Below, in pieces: positions 23,943 to 37,279 of a DNA stretch of 64,000 bases. The translations under genes were made by a program, and so were the position numbers. The first letter of the stretch is position 1; the number at the start of each line of letters is the position of its first letter. The stretch lies in assembly GCA_002269645.1 (NCBI GenBank), contig NIVC01000732.1:124001-188000 (forward strand), written 5' to 3'. This stretch comes from Macrostomum lignano (lineage: Eukaryota). The notes beneath the pieces are model-generated. The model was not told where the DNA came from and did no database searches. It was given only the letters and a program-made list of their open reading frames with translations.

Positions 23943-24338
23943 ATGCAAACTAAATTGCAGGCCGAAGCAGCTCTGTCCCCATCTGTTGCAAACAATCACC
24001 ATCCGCAACCTGACCGGTATGGCTTCTATAGTGACACGCCCGGCAATAGTGTCGCTTCTCCCTCGTCTACCTTAGCCTCCGGCGCTACTAGCAGTAGTCG
24101 GTCCCGTTCCGAAGCTGTTGAAATTATCCGTCGACGCGAAAAGAAATGGCTAGATATGTTAAATAATTGGGCAAAGGTGATTGCTAAAGACTATCAATTA
24201 GTTAGGGAACGATGTCGCAAAGGTATTCCGGATTCTGTGCGACCTAAAGTTTGGTTTCATCTGTGCGGCGCATTTTATATTAATCGAGACGATCCGGATC
24301 TGTACAGGAAATGCATGACTAAGGTTCCCAATGAACGG
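23943..24338 (+). CDS. TBC1D10: TBC1D10/EPI64-family Rab-GAP, coding exon 1
   Basis: DRYGF...RREKKWLDMLNNW...RCRKGIPDSVRPKVW; donor gtgagc (phase 0); an in-frame stop lies upstream of this ATG. Confidence 0.9.
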
Positions 24339-24439
24339 GTGAGCAGATTTTGTCTAGTCTACTGATTTGTGGGTATTTTCAATTGCAATGTACTCTGCGC
24401 AAACTAAAGTCAATATTGTGCTGGGACCCCCCCCCCCCT

Positions 24440-24830
24440 CAATTGAAGCGAGTGGAGTGGTGGGCCTTTGCACCATCCCGCTTCAGTTAAAGCTAATGGG
24501 GTGGTGGGCCTTTGCACCACCCGCTTCAATTAAAGCTAATGGGGTGGTGGGCCGTTGCACCACCCGCTTCAATTAAAGCTAATGGGGTGGTGGGCGTTTG
24601 CACCACCCGCTTCAATTAAAGCTAATGGGGTGGTGGGCCTTTGCACCACCCGCTTCAATTAAAGCTAATGGGGTGGTGGGCCTTTGCACCACCCGCTTCA
24701 ATTTAAGCTAGTGGAGTAATGGGCCTTTATACCCCGCTTCAATTAAAGCTAGTGGGGTGGTGGGCCTTTGCACCACCCCGCCTCAATTTAAGCTCTTTTG
24801 GTGATGGGCCTTGGTACGCTTGCCCCAATT
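24440..24830. repeat. 43-bp hairpin-containing minisatellite in TBC1D10 intron 1
   Basis: Unit gcttcaattaaagctaatggggtggtgggcctttgcaccaccc, about 9 copies. Confidence 0.88.
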
Positions 24831-24857
24831 AAAGCTAGCCAATTAAAATTGATTTAG

Positions 24858-25305
24858 ACGGCCGACGAAATCGAGCGCGATCTAGAACGTCAATTTCCCC
24901 ATCACGAGCTGTTCATGCAGCCAGACGGTCACGGTCAGCAAGCCTTGCGTCGCGTACTTCGCGCCTACGCTGGCGCTTTTCCCGATGTTGGTTATTGTCA
25001 GGCGATGGCGCCTCTGGCTGGCGCCCTCCTATTGCACATGCCCGAATCTGACACCTTCTACACGGTGTACATCCTGTTTGATAAGTACATGCGCGGCTAT
25101 TTCCGACCGGGTCTAGACGCTGTACAAGTCGACGGCCAGATATTGTACGGACTGTTAAAGCGATTAAATCAACCAATTTACAAGCATTTGGTCAAGTATA
25201 AAGTTGAACCGTTGCACTTTATGGTTGATTGGTTCATGTGCCTGTACGTGAGAACTCTGCCGTGGCCTACTCTGCTACGAGTCTGGGATGTCTACTTCTG
25301 CGAGG
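24858..25305 (+). CDS. TBC1D10: TBC1D10 exon 2 (TBC catalytic domain)
   Basis: IERDLERQFP (Arg finger), GYCQ (Gln finger), WFMC...TLPW..LLRVWD..FCE; acceptor tttag, donor gtgagt. Confidence 0.93.
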
Positions 25306-25471
25306 GTGAGTAGCTCAATCCCCATCAGTATTTATCCCCATCAGCATTAAACCCTACTCATGGTTTTATTCCCATAAGTGTTAATGTTAATCCTAAAGCT
25401 AGCCGCTTCACCATTATGTTTCAATATTTATTAATTGTCATCAGTTTATCCCCAAACCGATCCCAACCCAG

Positions 25472-25752
25472 GTGTGAAAATAGTCTTTCGCGTCGCAATC
25501 GCCCTGGTCACCGCCGTGCTCGGCTCCTCTGCTCAACGCCGTCGCCTGCGCTCATTCGAAGACACCCTGGACAGCCTGCGCCGCCTGCCGGCCTCCGCCA
25601 CTCAGGCTGCTGTGCTGCTGCCGGCCGCGCTGAAGCTGCAGCTGTCCGCTGCCGACTTCGAGCGCGAGCATCAGAAGCAGTTTCGATTGTTTAATCTGCG
25701 TAAGCTTGCCCGGCAGCAGCAGGTGCAGGAGCAGCAGGAGGCTGCAGTATAG
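25472..25752 (+). CDS. TBC1D10: TBC1D10 exon 3 (last)
   Basis: (G)VKIVFRVAIALV...FEREHQKQ...AAV*; acceptor cccag; phase fits exon 2. Confidence 0.9.
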
Positions 25753-25814
25753 GCACTTGTCATTTCTGCTTGGCTGTGCCTGCGCTTGGGGTGACTTGGG
25801 TTGCTGGCCTTTAA

Positions 25815-26350
25815 AATTGCCTTAGTTGCCACCCTCCCAGATCCTCAGTTGCCAGCCTCCCCCAGATCCTCAGTTGCTAGGCGAGCCTCCCAGATCCTCA
25901 GTTGCTGGGCCAGCCTCCCAGATCCTTAGCTGGGCCAGCCTCCCAGATCCTCAGTAGCTGGGCCAGCCTCCCAGATCCTCTGTAGCTGTGCCAGCCTCCC
26001 AGATCCTCAGTAGCTGGGCCAGCCTCCCAGATCCTCAGTAGCTGGGCAGCCTCCCAGATCCTTAGCTGGGCCAGCCTCCCAGATCCTCAGTATCTGGGCC
26101 AGCCTCCCAGATCCTCAGTAGCTGGGCCAGTCTCCCAGATCCTCAGTATCTGGGCCAGCCTCCCAGATCCTCAGTAGCTGGGCCAGTCTCCCAGATCCTC
26201 AGTAGCTGGGCCAGCCTCCCAGATCCTCAGTATCTGGGCCAGCCTCCCAGATCCTCAGTAGCAGCCAGTAGCAGCCAGGCCAGCCTCCCAGATCCTCAGT
26301 TGCTGGGCCAGCCTCTCAGATCCTCAGTTGCTGGGCCAGCCTCTCAGATC
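25815..26350. repeat. 28-bp minisatellite (gctgggccagcctcccagatcctcagta), probably in the TBC1D10 3' UTR
   Basis: About 19 tandem units starting about 60 bp after the stop codon. Confidence 0.9.
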
Positions 26351-27664
26351 CCATATTTCGCAGTGCAATGAATCAAATCTCATGCTATGATTACAACTCT
26401 AAAATTATAGATCTGCTTATTATTACGTCACTGAATGGATAGAGCTTGGATTTATCTAGACTAGCCGCAGTTTTTTTAATTTATTATCATCAAAATATTT
26501 TTCTCTGTTTCGCAAATCAAAGCTACTTTCCATCTGCTGCTGCTTACTGGGGTCGTCGTTGCCTCTGGCTGGTTGCCCTGTGTTGAATTCAATCTTTTTC
26601 TACATTTTTCTGGTTGCCTATTCGCTGTATTTATCGCCTAAGCAGAGCTTGATTTTAATGATTAAGCAATGAAGATTATTATATTTTTAAAACTGCAATC
26701 TGGACCATTTAATACGTTGGTAATGCATTGCACCTTCAAAAGTATTAATTATATTATTATCTTGTTAATCAGCTTTTCCGTATTGCTTTTCAGTGCTTGT
26801 TGATTAGATTTAAAGCACTTTTGCCTTTGTGTACCTGTGTTTATGTGGGTATTTATGGGTCACACACCTGTGTTAATGCAGGTTTTCTTGTTTCACACAC
26901 CTGTGGTTATAGAGACAAATCTATTTTTTAATAGTTTTCTAGTGTGCAATCAAATATTGCGGAGTCTGCATAGTGCATGTGTATAATGGAGTTGCTGCTA
27001 GAGCCAGAATATTTTCACGTCTACACTTATTTATGAATTATAAGCAAATTATTTATAATAAAGCTGTTTATCTACCATGTACAATATTTACATCTAAGCA
27101 TATCGACGTTTTTTCTACTTACTAACCGGATTAGTAGTCATATATGCGTTCGATACTACTACTGGAAAAGATTAATCGCCTAATTTAGTGTGTTTTATTG
27201 ATTGTTATCTTGATTTTCTAAGAAACACTTTGGTTTACTCGTAGTGGGGCTTGGGGCCCATTCCTCTGGCCCCTAAGTTTCAGGGTGTATGAAACATTCT
27301 ATAATAATATTCTCTACTAACAGTAGGCTGTTGCGGACAGTTTGCCGTCTCGATCTCATTTTCAATCATGACCCCCTCGGGGCTACTGTTAATTGAATAG
27401 GGTCGTCCCCTTCAAAGATTTTTCTCCCTTAGCTCTCGATTCAAGTGTGACTTGCACCTGGGCCTTCTCACTTGTCTTGTAGTCAGAACAGCTTTTTAAT
27501 TAAACCCCCTGGGGCGCTGCATTGTTGGATTGAGCAGTATGCCTAATTAGAAGCGTATTTATATAATATCATAAGTCTTAGGGGTTGGTACATGTACTTT
27601 ATGATTTGTCTGAAAGTTAATTTAGAGCCTTGACTACCGCCTCCATCAGTGCCATTGAAAATCA

Positions 27665-28225
27665 AAATCGATATTGATTTTGGCGCCATTAGTATGGATT
27701 TTGGCGCCCATCGATACTGATTTTGGCGCCATTGGTGTTGATTTTGGCGCCCGTCGATACTGATTTTGGCGCCATCGATACTGATTTTGGCGCCACCGAT
27801 ACAGATTTTGGCGCGATTGGTACTGATTTTTGCGCTATCGGTACTCATTTTTGCGCTATCAATACTGATTTTGGCACCATCGAAACTGATTTTGGCTCCA
27901 TCGAAACTGATTTTGGCTCCATCGGTACAAATTTTGGCGCCATTGGTATTGATTTTAGCGCCAATCAATACTGATTTTGGCGCCATTGGTATTGATTTTA
28001 GCGCCAATCAATACTGATTTTGGCGCCATTGGTATTGATTTTAGCGCCAATCAATACTGATTTTGGCGCCATTGGTATTGATTTTAGCGCCAATCAATAC
28101 TGATTTTGACGCCATCGATATTGATTTTTGCGCCATCAATACTGATTTTGACGCCATCGATATTGATTTTTGCGCCATCAATACTGATTTTGGCGCCAAT
28201 CGATACTGATTTTGGCGCCATCGGA
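27665..28225. repeat. about 21-bp minisatellite (atcgatactgattttggcgcc) with a 43-bp higher-order dimer
   Basis: Tandem units visible; explains the ORFs at 27543-28402. Confidence 0.88.
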
Positions 28226-28383
28226 TTTTTTGAGAGAGACGTTTGGAAAGTTTTTGCGGCCTTCGAACCCTGTTGGACGCAGCGAAATACTTCGAAGAAC
28301 AGATTTTACAAACTTCACCTTCACTTGATTGCCGCAAAGCAAGAAGCAAAAATTTGCCTGGCCAAGCTGCCGGCACTGCGTTC

Positions 28384-28740
28384 TGTCACGGGTGGTCCCT
28401 GAGACCACCTGAGCAGTCGTTGGTCTGAGAGTCTGAGACATCTCCCGCTCTCCCTTTGCTAGATGAGAATAGACAAACTAACTTCCCCCACAACTGACCA
28501 ACGTTTAACAACTATAAATTCCATATCTTCCCCTTTCTCCTTCATCTTTTCCTGTGTCTGTCCAGAATCTCGGTCTATCTAGTCTGCCCAATTATTGCTA
28601 AGCAGAAATATATGACCTTAATAAAGTCGATTTCAAACTGTGTGCAGCTGATCTTCTGTGTTTCCAAATCGAGTGAATTCTACTATAATCTATCTATCCA
28701 AGACTCGAGCTCTTTTTCAATTTTTGACCACCCAGATTGC
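28384..28740 (+). mobile_element. possible solo LTR
   Basis: Starts TGTCAC, TATAAA at about 28514, AATAAA at about 28620, gaccaccc near 28727 complementary to the 5' gggtggtc. No clean CA end or TSD found. Confidence 0.35.
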
Positions 28741-28919
28741 TTGTAAAACTGACTGCTGCTCATTTTTCGTTTCTGTTGGTTTAGTTTGAGTCCATGTACT
28801 CTAATTTACAGCTCGTATGCGCTGAATTTTGTTTTATTAGGAGACCAACACCTGTTACTTATTATTGTTGCTTCTAGACACAACCCTAAAACCAGTATGC
28901 CTGTGCCCCAGTGTCCAAA

Positions 28920-30010
28920 TTACTGACAGAACCCTGAAACAACTAATGACAAACAGATCCCTGAAGCACACAATGACTGACAGATCCCTGAAGCACCCAA
29001 TGACTGACAGATCCCTGAAACACCCACTGACTGACAGATCCCTGAAGCACACAATGACTGACAGATCCCTGAAACACCCACTGACTGACAGATCCCTGAA
29101 GCACACAATGACTGACAGATCCCTGAAGCACACAATGACTGACAGATCCCTGAAACACCCACTGACTGACAGATCCCAGAAACACCCAATGACTGACAGA
29201 TCCCAGAAACACCCACTGACTGACAGATCCCTGAAACACCCACTGACTGACAGATCCCAAAAACACCCACTGACTGACAGATCCCAGAAACACCCAATGA
29301 CTGACAGATCCCAGAACACCCAATGACTGACAGATCCCAGAAACACCCAATGACTGACAGATCCCAGAAACACCCACTGACTGACAGATCCCTGAAACAC
29401 CCACTGACTGACAGATCCCTGAAACACCCACTGACTGACAGATCCCTGAAACACCCACTGACTGACAGATCCCTGAAACACCCACTGACTGACAGATCCC
29501 TGAAACACCCACTGACTGACAGATCCCTGAAACACCCACTGACTGACAGATCCCAGAAACACCCAATGACTGACAGATCCCTGAAACACCCACTGACTGA
29601 CAGATCCCTGAAACACCCACTGACTGACAGATCCCTGAAACACCCACTGACTGACAGATCCCTGAAACACCCACTGACTGACAGATCCCAGAAACACCCA
29701 ATGACTGACAGATCCCAGAAACACCCACTGACTGACAGATCCCTGAAACACCCACTGACTGACAGATCCCTGAAACACCCACTGACTGACAGATCCCTGA
29801 AACACCCACTGACTGACAGATCCCTGAAACACCCACTGACTGACAGATCCCAGAAACACCCACTGACTGACAGATCCCTGAAACACCCACTGACTGACAG
29901 ATCCCAGAAACACCCACTGACTGACAGATCCCAGAAACACCCACTGACTGACAGATCCCAGAAACACCCACTGACTGACAGATCCCAGAAACACCCACTG
30001 ACTGACAGAG
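28920..30010. repeat. 27-bp minisatellite (ctgacagatccctgaaacacccactga), about 40 copies
   Basis: Tandem units; source of the 250-380-aa pseudo-ORFs on both strands. Confidence 0.95.
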
Positions 30011-30584
30011 ACCTGAACCCAAAAGAAATGAACTATTTAAATAAAATCATTCATACTAGAAGTGCTGTTTATACGGGCTGACAGCTCCCTGTCATGTACC
30101 TATACTAAAAATATTTTTACTCTTAAATGAATTTCTTGCGAGTTGTAGAAAATGTTTGTGAATGTTGTGTTCAGAAAAAGTGTGACAGCTAGTACCAGTC
30201 AGGTTCCCTCAAACTGAGCCACACAAAGGCTGCCGTGTCAAATCTGAAATCCAGCGCCTCAATGCACCGTTTTGTGCGCGGTTGGTTGTGTGGATAATGG
30301 AAACTGGTTTGGTCTTTTCGCTGCTTCATGGCTTTCCATCGACACAGGAAATTTTGTTGAGAGTTCACTTCATTCGCCACCTTGCAGGGTGGGGCAGGGC
30401 TGTTGTTCCTTTCTTTCTTTCATTCAATCATTCATTCTTCGCTCACTTTTTTACTCCACTGGATTCTTCTGAATGGATTCCTTTCCAATGCGGCTGTCAA
30501 CTGGCCCGGCACACTTTTGCCCGCATCGGATTCCGCTTCCGGTTTTGGCCCAAGGACGCTTTGCAGGAGAATCTGGAGAGGAGG

Positions 30585-30955
30585 GGAGGGGAGAGAGGAA
30601 ATAGGGGAAAGAGGAGAGAAGGAGGAGGTGAGTGGAGATGAGGGGAGAGAGGAGAGTGGGGAGAGGAGGGGAGAGAGGATGGGAGAGGGGAGAGTGGGGA
30701 GAGGAGGGGAGAGAGGAGAGTGGGGAGAGTGGGGAAAGGAGGGGAGAGAGGAGAGTGGGGAGAGGAAGGGAGAGGAGAGTGGGGAAAGGAGGGGAGAGAG
30801 GAGAGTGGGGAAAGGAGGGGAGAGAGGAGAGTGTGGAGAGGAGGGGAGAGGAGGGGAGAGAGGAGAGTGGGGAGAGGAGGGGAGAGAGGAGAGTGGGGAG
30901 AGGAGGGGAGAGAGGAGAGAGAGAAGGAAGAGGGGAGAGAGCTGAGAGAAGAGAC
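30585..30955. repeat. GA-rich low-complexity polypurine tract
   Basis: Reiterations of ggagaggaggggagagaggagagtgg. Confidence 0.9.
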
Positions 30956-31879
30956 ACAAACCTTAAGCCGGCCGGATTGCTATTGTGAAGTTTCAAAGAA
31001 CCCGAGGGTCGGATAGACAGAGGCTTCGCCGGCCGGAGTTGGCCGACCCTGCAGGTTTAGAAATTAGACCCCCAGGAGAGATGGCGTATTGTCCATGCAC
31101 GATAAGTGCTGCATGTCAAGAATATTTCATTGATTTAGCTCTCACACAACCTCCGTGCGCGGATTTTCGTTCGCTTCACAGCCTGACGATTAGAAAGGCA
31201 AATGGGGTGAATGGAAAGCTTCTCTTATCAGAGTCACAGTTTGGAAACGAGTTTGGGCAATCCAGGTTCTCTGTTCAAGGCCTCCTTGACTTCGCTTTAC
31301 CTGCAACTGGAGGCAGCAAAAGAGGTGAAGGTGAAAACCCCCGGATCTCGTTTTTCCTCTTCTTCTCTTTCTCCGCTGCCTCCTACCTCTCTCCCCTTCT
31401 CTCCTCTGTTCTCTCGGAAGTGAATGAAAGGTGCCGGAGGCCCCCTCCGTTTCTCGGCAAATCAAAAAATTGAAAGGCGTCTAAACTTGTCAAAAAGCCA
31501 TCAAACTGGGCGTGTATCCATCCCCCCTTCTCTCCTCCAGTTTCCCCCATTCTCGTGATAATTTCTTTGACGCGGCGGCTCAACTCAGCACTGGCGGTGG
31601 ATCGCTTCTTTCCCTGTGATTGATGAATCCTCCCAGCCTCTGCTGCTCGCAGTGGCAGCCTAGTAGATTGATCGGATTGCATAAGGGAGGATTTATATGA
31701 AGCTACCTTATTCCTCCGAAGCCGCAGGTGCAACGGCGCACTTCAAGTTGTTTACTGAATTGTAGCCCGAGTGTCACACTGTGTCTGACTGGCTCTGGCC
31801 TCCGGGGTTTAGGCTGCTGCTGTCACATCACTGCCCCTGGTGTGAGCAGTCCAGCCTCATCACCGCTCTCCATCTTCGC

Positions 31880-32245
31880 TGTCTTCTCAGTCTTCACACT
31901 CTCATCTCACTCTCTTCTCACTCTCTTCTCTCACTCTCTTCTCTTCTCTCACACACTCTTCTCACTGGCGTCTCACTCTCTTCTCCCACTCTCACTCTCT
32001 TCTCTTCTCTCACACACTCTTCTCACTGGCGTCTCACTCTCTTCTCCCACTCTCACTCTCCTCTCTCACTCTCCTCTCTTCTCACTGGCGTCTCACTCTC
32101 TTCTCTCATTCTCAGTCTCTCTTCTCACTGGCGTCTCACTCTCTTCTCTCATTCTCACTCTTCTCTCACTTCAATCTCTTCTCACTCTTATCTCTCACTC
32201 TTCTCTATCTCATCTCACTCCCTTCCCTCACTCGCTCTCCTCTTA
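31880..32245. repeat. CT-rich low-complexity polypyrimidine tract
   Basis: Reiterations of ctctcactctcttctcac. Confidence 0.88.
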
Positions 32246-32879
32246 TCAAAAATTGCACCGTCTCCAATATTTCAGCATTCCATTTTTGAAAGCAACAGCT
32301 ACTGTAGGTCGTTCAAACGAAAAACAATACACAATATGATCTCTACACGTAAGCCAAGCCCTAGTTTTTCTAGTGAGTAATCATGAGGGAATTCTCTAGA
32401 GATTGTAGAGTTATTGTGTCAGCAAGATGTGCCCTCAGGGTGGGGAGGGAGAGAACAGCCGGATACAGAAGGCTCCAAGAAAGAAATCCAAGGAAATCCC
32501 ACTTTACGATCAGTGCGCAAGCGTCACCTTTATACTCATTCACTACACAGCTATTCGAATGTCAGAGCTATGCTCATATTTTTAATTGTCTCAGTCTGGT
32601 AATGAGGCGCCCAACCTCGCATGGTGGTCAGCGGAGCCCCTCTGCCACCCCTTCAAACCCAATTAGTGGACAAAAAACCGCCTCTTCTTTCGCTTCCCCT
32701 CGATTCGCTTTGGCGGAAGTGGCTGGGTATTGAGCTGCTCGTGTCGTCTCAACAGCCCTGCAACTCAACCTCTCAACCCTCTGCTGCAAAATTTGGAATT
32801 CGCTGCATGCATTTTTCCCGAGTTGTTGCTGGCTTTCTTTCTGTTAGTTCTCCTCTGCGTCTGACTGACCCCTGTCTGT

Positions 32880-34160
32880 GTCAGAAGTCAGATGGTCAAT
32901 GTCTGATGGTTGTGACTGATGGCTGGGGCTAATGTCTGTGTCAGATGGCTGGGGCTAATGTCTGTGTCAGATGGCTGGGGCGAATGTCTGTGTCAGATGG
33001 CTGGGGCGAATGTCTGTGTCAGATGGCTGGGGCTAATGTCTGTGCCAGATGGCTGGGGCTAATGTCTGTGTCAGATGGCTGGGGCTAATGTCTGTGTCAG
33101 ATGGCTGGGGCTAATGTCTGTGTCAGATGGCTGGGGCTAATGTCTGTGTCAGATGGCTGGGGCTAATGTCTGTGTCAGATGGCTGGGGCGAATGTGTGGG
33201 TCAGATGGTGAGGCCAATGTCTGTGTCAGATGGCTGGGGCTAATGTCTGTGACTGATGGCTGCGGCGAATGTGTGGGTCAGATGGTGAGGCCAATGTCTG
33301 TGTCAGATGGCTGGGGCTAATGTCTGTGTCAGATGGCTGGGGCTAATGTCTGTGTCAGATGGCTGGGGCGAATGTGTGGGTCAGATGGTGAGGCCAATGT
33401 CTGTGTCAGATGGCTGGGACGAATGTCTGTGTCAGATGGCTGAGGCGAATGTCTGTGTCAGATGGCTGGGGCGAATGTCTGTGTCAGATGGCTGGGGCGA
33501 ATGTCTGTGTCAGATGGCTGGGGTTAATGTCTGTGTCAGATGGCTGGGGTTAATGTCTGTGTCAGATGGCTGGGGCTAATGTCTGTGACTGATGGCTGGG
33601 GCGAATGTCTGTGTCAGATGGCTGGGGCGAATGTCTGTGTCAGATGGCTGGGGCGAATGTGTGGGTCAGATGGTGAGGCCAATGTCTGTGTCAGATGGCT
33701 GGGACGAATGTCTGTGTCAGATGGCTGGGGCGAATGTCTGTGTCAGATGGCTGGGGCGAATGTCTGTGTCAGATGGCTGGGGCGAATGTCTGTGTCAGAT
33801 GGCTGGGGTTAATGTCTGTGTCAGATGGCTGGGGCCAATGTCTGTGTCAGATTGCTGGGGCTAATGTCTGTGTCAGATGGCTGGGGCCAATGTCTGTGTC
33901 AGATGGCTGGGGCGAATGTCTGTGTCAGATGGCTGGGGCCAATGTCTGTGTCAGATGGTGAGGCGAATGTGTGGGTCAAATGGCTGGGGCGAATGTGTGG
34001 GTCAGATGATGAGGCCAATGTCTGTGTCAGATGGCTGGGGCTAATGTCTGTGTCAGATGGCTGGGGCCAATGTCTGTCAGATGGCTGGGGCGAATGTCTG
34101 TGTCAGATGGTGAGGCGAATGTGTGGGTCAGATGGTGAGGCCAATATCTGTGTCAGATTG
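32880..34160. repeat. 26-bp minisatellite (gtcagatggctggggctaatgtctgt), about 48 copies
   Basis: Tandem units visible; a related array lies in the opposite orientation at about 54620-54900. Confidence 0.95.
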
Positions 34161-34566
34161 TGTGGCTGGTGTCTGTTGGGCATACGAGACAACTATGGTC
34201 AACATGGACTCAACACTGCCGTACGGCAGTTTACATCAGCCATAAATCATTCCTCTACAATTAGAAACGAACTCTTATTTGGCATCGCAATTGTTCGCAT
34301 ACCTCTGCCTGAACTCGGGCTGAGCACACTTTCTCTGCTTTGAGTTTCCAGCCAGGCCACTGCAGCAATTGGCCCCTTATTGTTTCTAAACTGCACAGTT
34401 GTCGTTATTCATTACCTGGAATTTCATTTAAGAAGCGAACTCCATGCATCTGTCTGACCAATTCGATGCTCAGCCCGAGTAAGACGCTTAGGCGCCAAAA
34501 AGAGACACAGAGACCGAGGACCGCAATACGGGATAATTAAATATAATGGGCGGGCACCACTTGTCT

Positions 34567-34570
<4 letters not shown>

Positions 34571-34642
<72 letters not shown>
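34571..34642. repeat. (TC)n microsatellite
   Basis: Perfect dinucleotide run. Confidence 0.97.
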
Positions 34643-34650
<8 letters not shown>

Positions 34651-35124
34651 TGCAGCTTAAAATCGCTGAAACGGTTAGCCAGACTGTTATCTCTTGAGCA
34701 GATCTCTGTCTCTCCCTCGTTCTCTCGACTCTGCTCTGCTTTACTCATCAGTCTGTAGCATATAGGCCATTGTAGCTGGCCTTTCTCTTTTCTAGGAATC
34801 TCTCTAGCTGCGAGTAGAGACTGTGTTTCACTGCTTTAACTTCTTGTCTGCATTTAGAGCTGCTCAAGTTTTTCAGTCTCTCCCAGTGGCCAGTATGGCG
34901 CTTTTTATTGTGAGCAGTTATAGGCTTTTTACCTGTTGGCGGGCTGCCCGTCTCTTCTAACCTTACCGTACGGGTACGGTGACACAGGTGCTAAATACAG
35001 AACATTGGAATTATACTTATAACTCAGACAGACACATCGCCTGTTTCTCAAATGGGCAGCTAATGACTTGTGTGGCAGCTGCGTTATACAGTGATGTAGC
35101 CAGTGACTTCATTTGGGGCTACAA

Positions 35125-35960
35125 GCACCATTTCATCATTCTATAAGCGCCATTTCATCATTCTATAGTCGCCATTTCATCATTCTATAAGCGCCATTTC
35201 ATCATTCTATAAGCGCCATTTCATCATTCTATAAGAGCCATTTCATCAGTCTATAAGCGCCATTTCATCATTCTATAAGCGCCATTTCATCATTCTATAA
35301 GCGCCATTTCATCATTCTATAAGCGCCATTTCATCATTCTATAGTCGGCAGTTCATTATTCTATAAGCGCCATTTCATCATTCTATAAGCGCCATTTCAT
35401 CAGTCTATAAGCGCCATTTTATCAGTCTAAGGTGCTATCAGTCTATTTTATCAGTCTTTAAGCGCCATTTCATCATTCTATAAGCGCCATTTCATCATTC
35501 TATAAGCGCCATTTCATCAGTCTATAAGCGCCATTTTATCAGTCTAAGGTGCTATCAGTCTATTTTATCAGTCTTTAAGCGCCATTTCATCATTCTATAA
35601 GCGCCATTTCATCATTCTATAAGCGCCATTTCATCATTCTATAAGCGCCATTTCATCAGTCTATAAGCGCCATTTTATCAGTCTAAGGTGCTATCAGTCT
35701 ATTTTATCAGTCTTTAAGCGCCATTTCATCATTCTATAAGCGCCATTTCATCATTCTATAAGCGCCATTTCATCATTCTATAAGCGCCATTTCATCATTC
35801 TATAAGCGCCATTTCATCATTCTATAAGCGCCATTTCATCATTCTATAAGCGCCATTTCATCATTCTATAGTCGGCAGTTCATTATTCTATAAGCGCCAT
35901 TTCATCAGTCTATAAGCGCCATTTTATCAGTCTATAAGCGCCATTTCATTACTCTATAAC
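35125..35960. repeat. 22-bp minisatellite (tataagcgccatttcatcattc)
   Basis: Tandem units with a recurring longer variant block. Confidence 0.93.
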
Positions 35961-36649
35961 AGATCACTGTTAAACCATGAGGCATGAGAGTTGGTTGCAG
36001 GCAAGAAAATATTGCTTAATTTCATGTTCAAAGCGAAGCACGCGGAAGTGGTGAAAAAATGAATTTGAGACGCCGCGCCCATTACAAAGGCCGCGGTCGG
36101 TCTGCATGGGAGGAGCGACTGACAATCAATGTGGTTGCAGGTGCAGAGCAGCAGGCGGAAGCGATGGTAAGAATGGCAATTCTTATACACATTCTCTGAT
36201 CTCTGAGCGATGAAGCTAAAATCTCCTTTCAGAATGCTCTTCTGGTGGGCGGTACAACCGAAAATTCCCCTTAAATACCCCACAGTCTCTACACAAAAAG
36301 GAGCAAGGGACAGACTGCATCGGCTTCCAAAAAAACAGGGCTTGGTGCACAATGCCAGTTAACAACAACGGGCTTATGAAAAAGTGTTTTGAGTTGTCTG
36401 CGGCACCGCGCTGGAGCTCTTTCTGAGATCTCGTTTGGTGGGAGGGGGTGTCCGGCGTCTTCATCCTGAGTTCCTGGGGACTTGACTGAACTGTTAGGAG
36501 TAGAAATAGGTGGGGAAAAATGAATTGCCACTTTTTCTGCACTCAATCGCTGGATAGATTGAACCTGCTTTATGTGTATAACTTGATTAGCTAGTAGTGA
36601 TCTCCATCGTGCTAGTCTGGTGGGAGAGAAAAAGAGGAAAAGAAAGGTA

Positions 36650-37020
36650 GAGTGGGAGATAGGAGACGGGGTGAGAGGGAGATAGGAGACGGGTGAGAGG
36701 GCGATAGGAGACGGGTGAGAGGGAGATGGGAGACGGCGGTGAGAGGGAGATGGGAGACGGCGGTAAGAGGGAGATGGGAGACGGCAGTGCGAGGGAGATA
36801 GGAGACGGCGGTGAGAGGGAGATGGGAGACGGCGGTGAGAGGGAGATGGGAGACGGCGGTGAGAGGGAGATGGGAGACGGCAGTGCGAGGGAGATAGGAG
36901 ACGGCGGTGAGAGGGAGATGGGAGACGGCGGTGAGAGGGAGATGGGAGACGGCGGTGAGAGGGAGATGGGAGACGGCGGTAAGAGGAAGATGGGAGTGAT
37001 GGGAATGAGACGGGAAGAAA
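36650..37020. repeat. 24-bp purine-rich minisatellite (gggagatgggagacggcggtgaga)
   Basis: Tandem units visible. Confidence 0.9.
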
Positions 37021-37279
37021 GGTTATAGAGAGGTGCCTGGACTCTCAGAGAGCAATATGTTTTGCATTGATCAGTTTAACAGAGTCAGGCTGGCTGGTCT
37101 GACACAATCTCTCAATCTATGGAACCACCGATGCGTGGAGATTTTTTAAACGCAGAACTTGAGTAAAGAAATGCACCTGCTGTAGATTAACAGAAACCAA
37201 CCTTGAGTTTGTATAGTGTCCAGTGATTTTGCCTCTAGCTTTAAATTTCCTTCACAGAGTCATTTACGACTCGTATGCT

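Noticed and set aside
24440-24830. CRISPR-like array (palindromic repeats)
   Set aside because: Units are directly tandem with no unique spacers, there are no cas genes, and the context is a eukaryotic intron. The same applies to the other 20-30-bp arrays.
28855-30081. ORFs of 250-380 aa on both strands (e.g. 379 aa and 359 aa)
   Set aside because: They are translations of a 27-bp minisatellite that lacks stops in several frames; there is no domain content.
30960-32932. Several 100-200-aa ORFs (30985, 31728, 32383, 32621) and similar ORFs at 35954-36546 and 49727-49990
   Set aside because: No recognisable motifs, no consistent splice structure, and partly low-complexity sequence.
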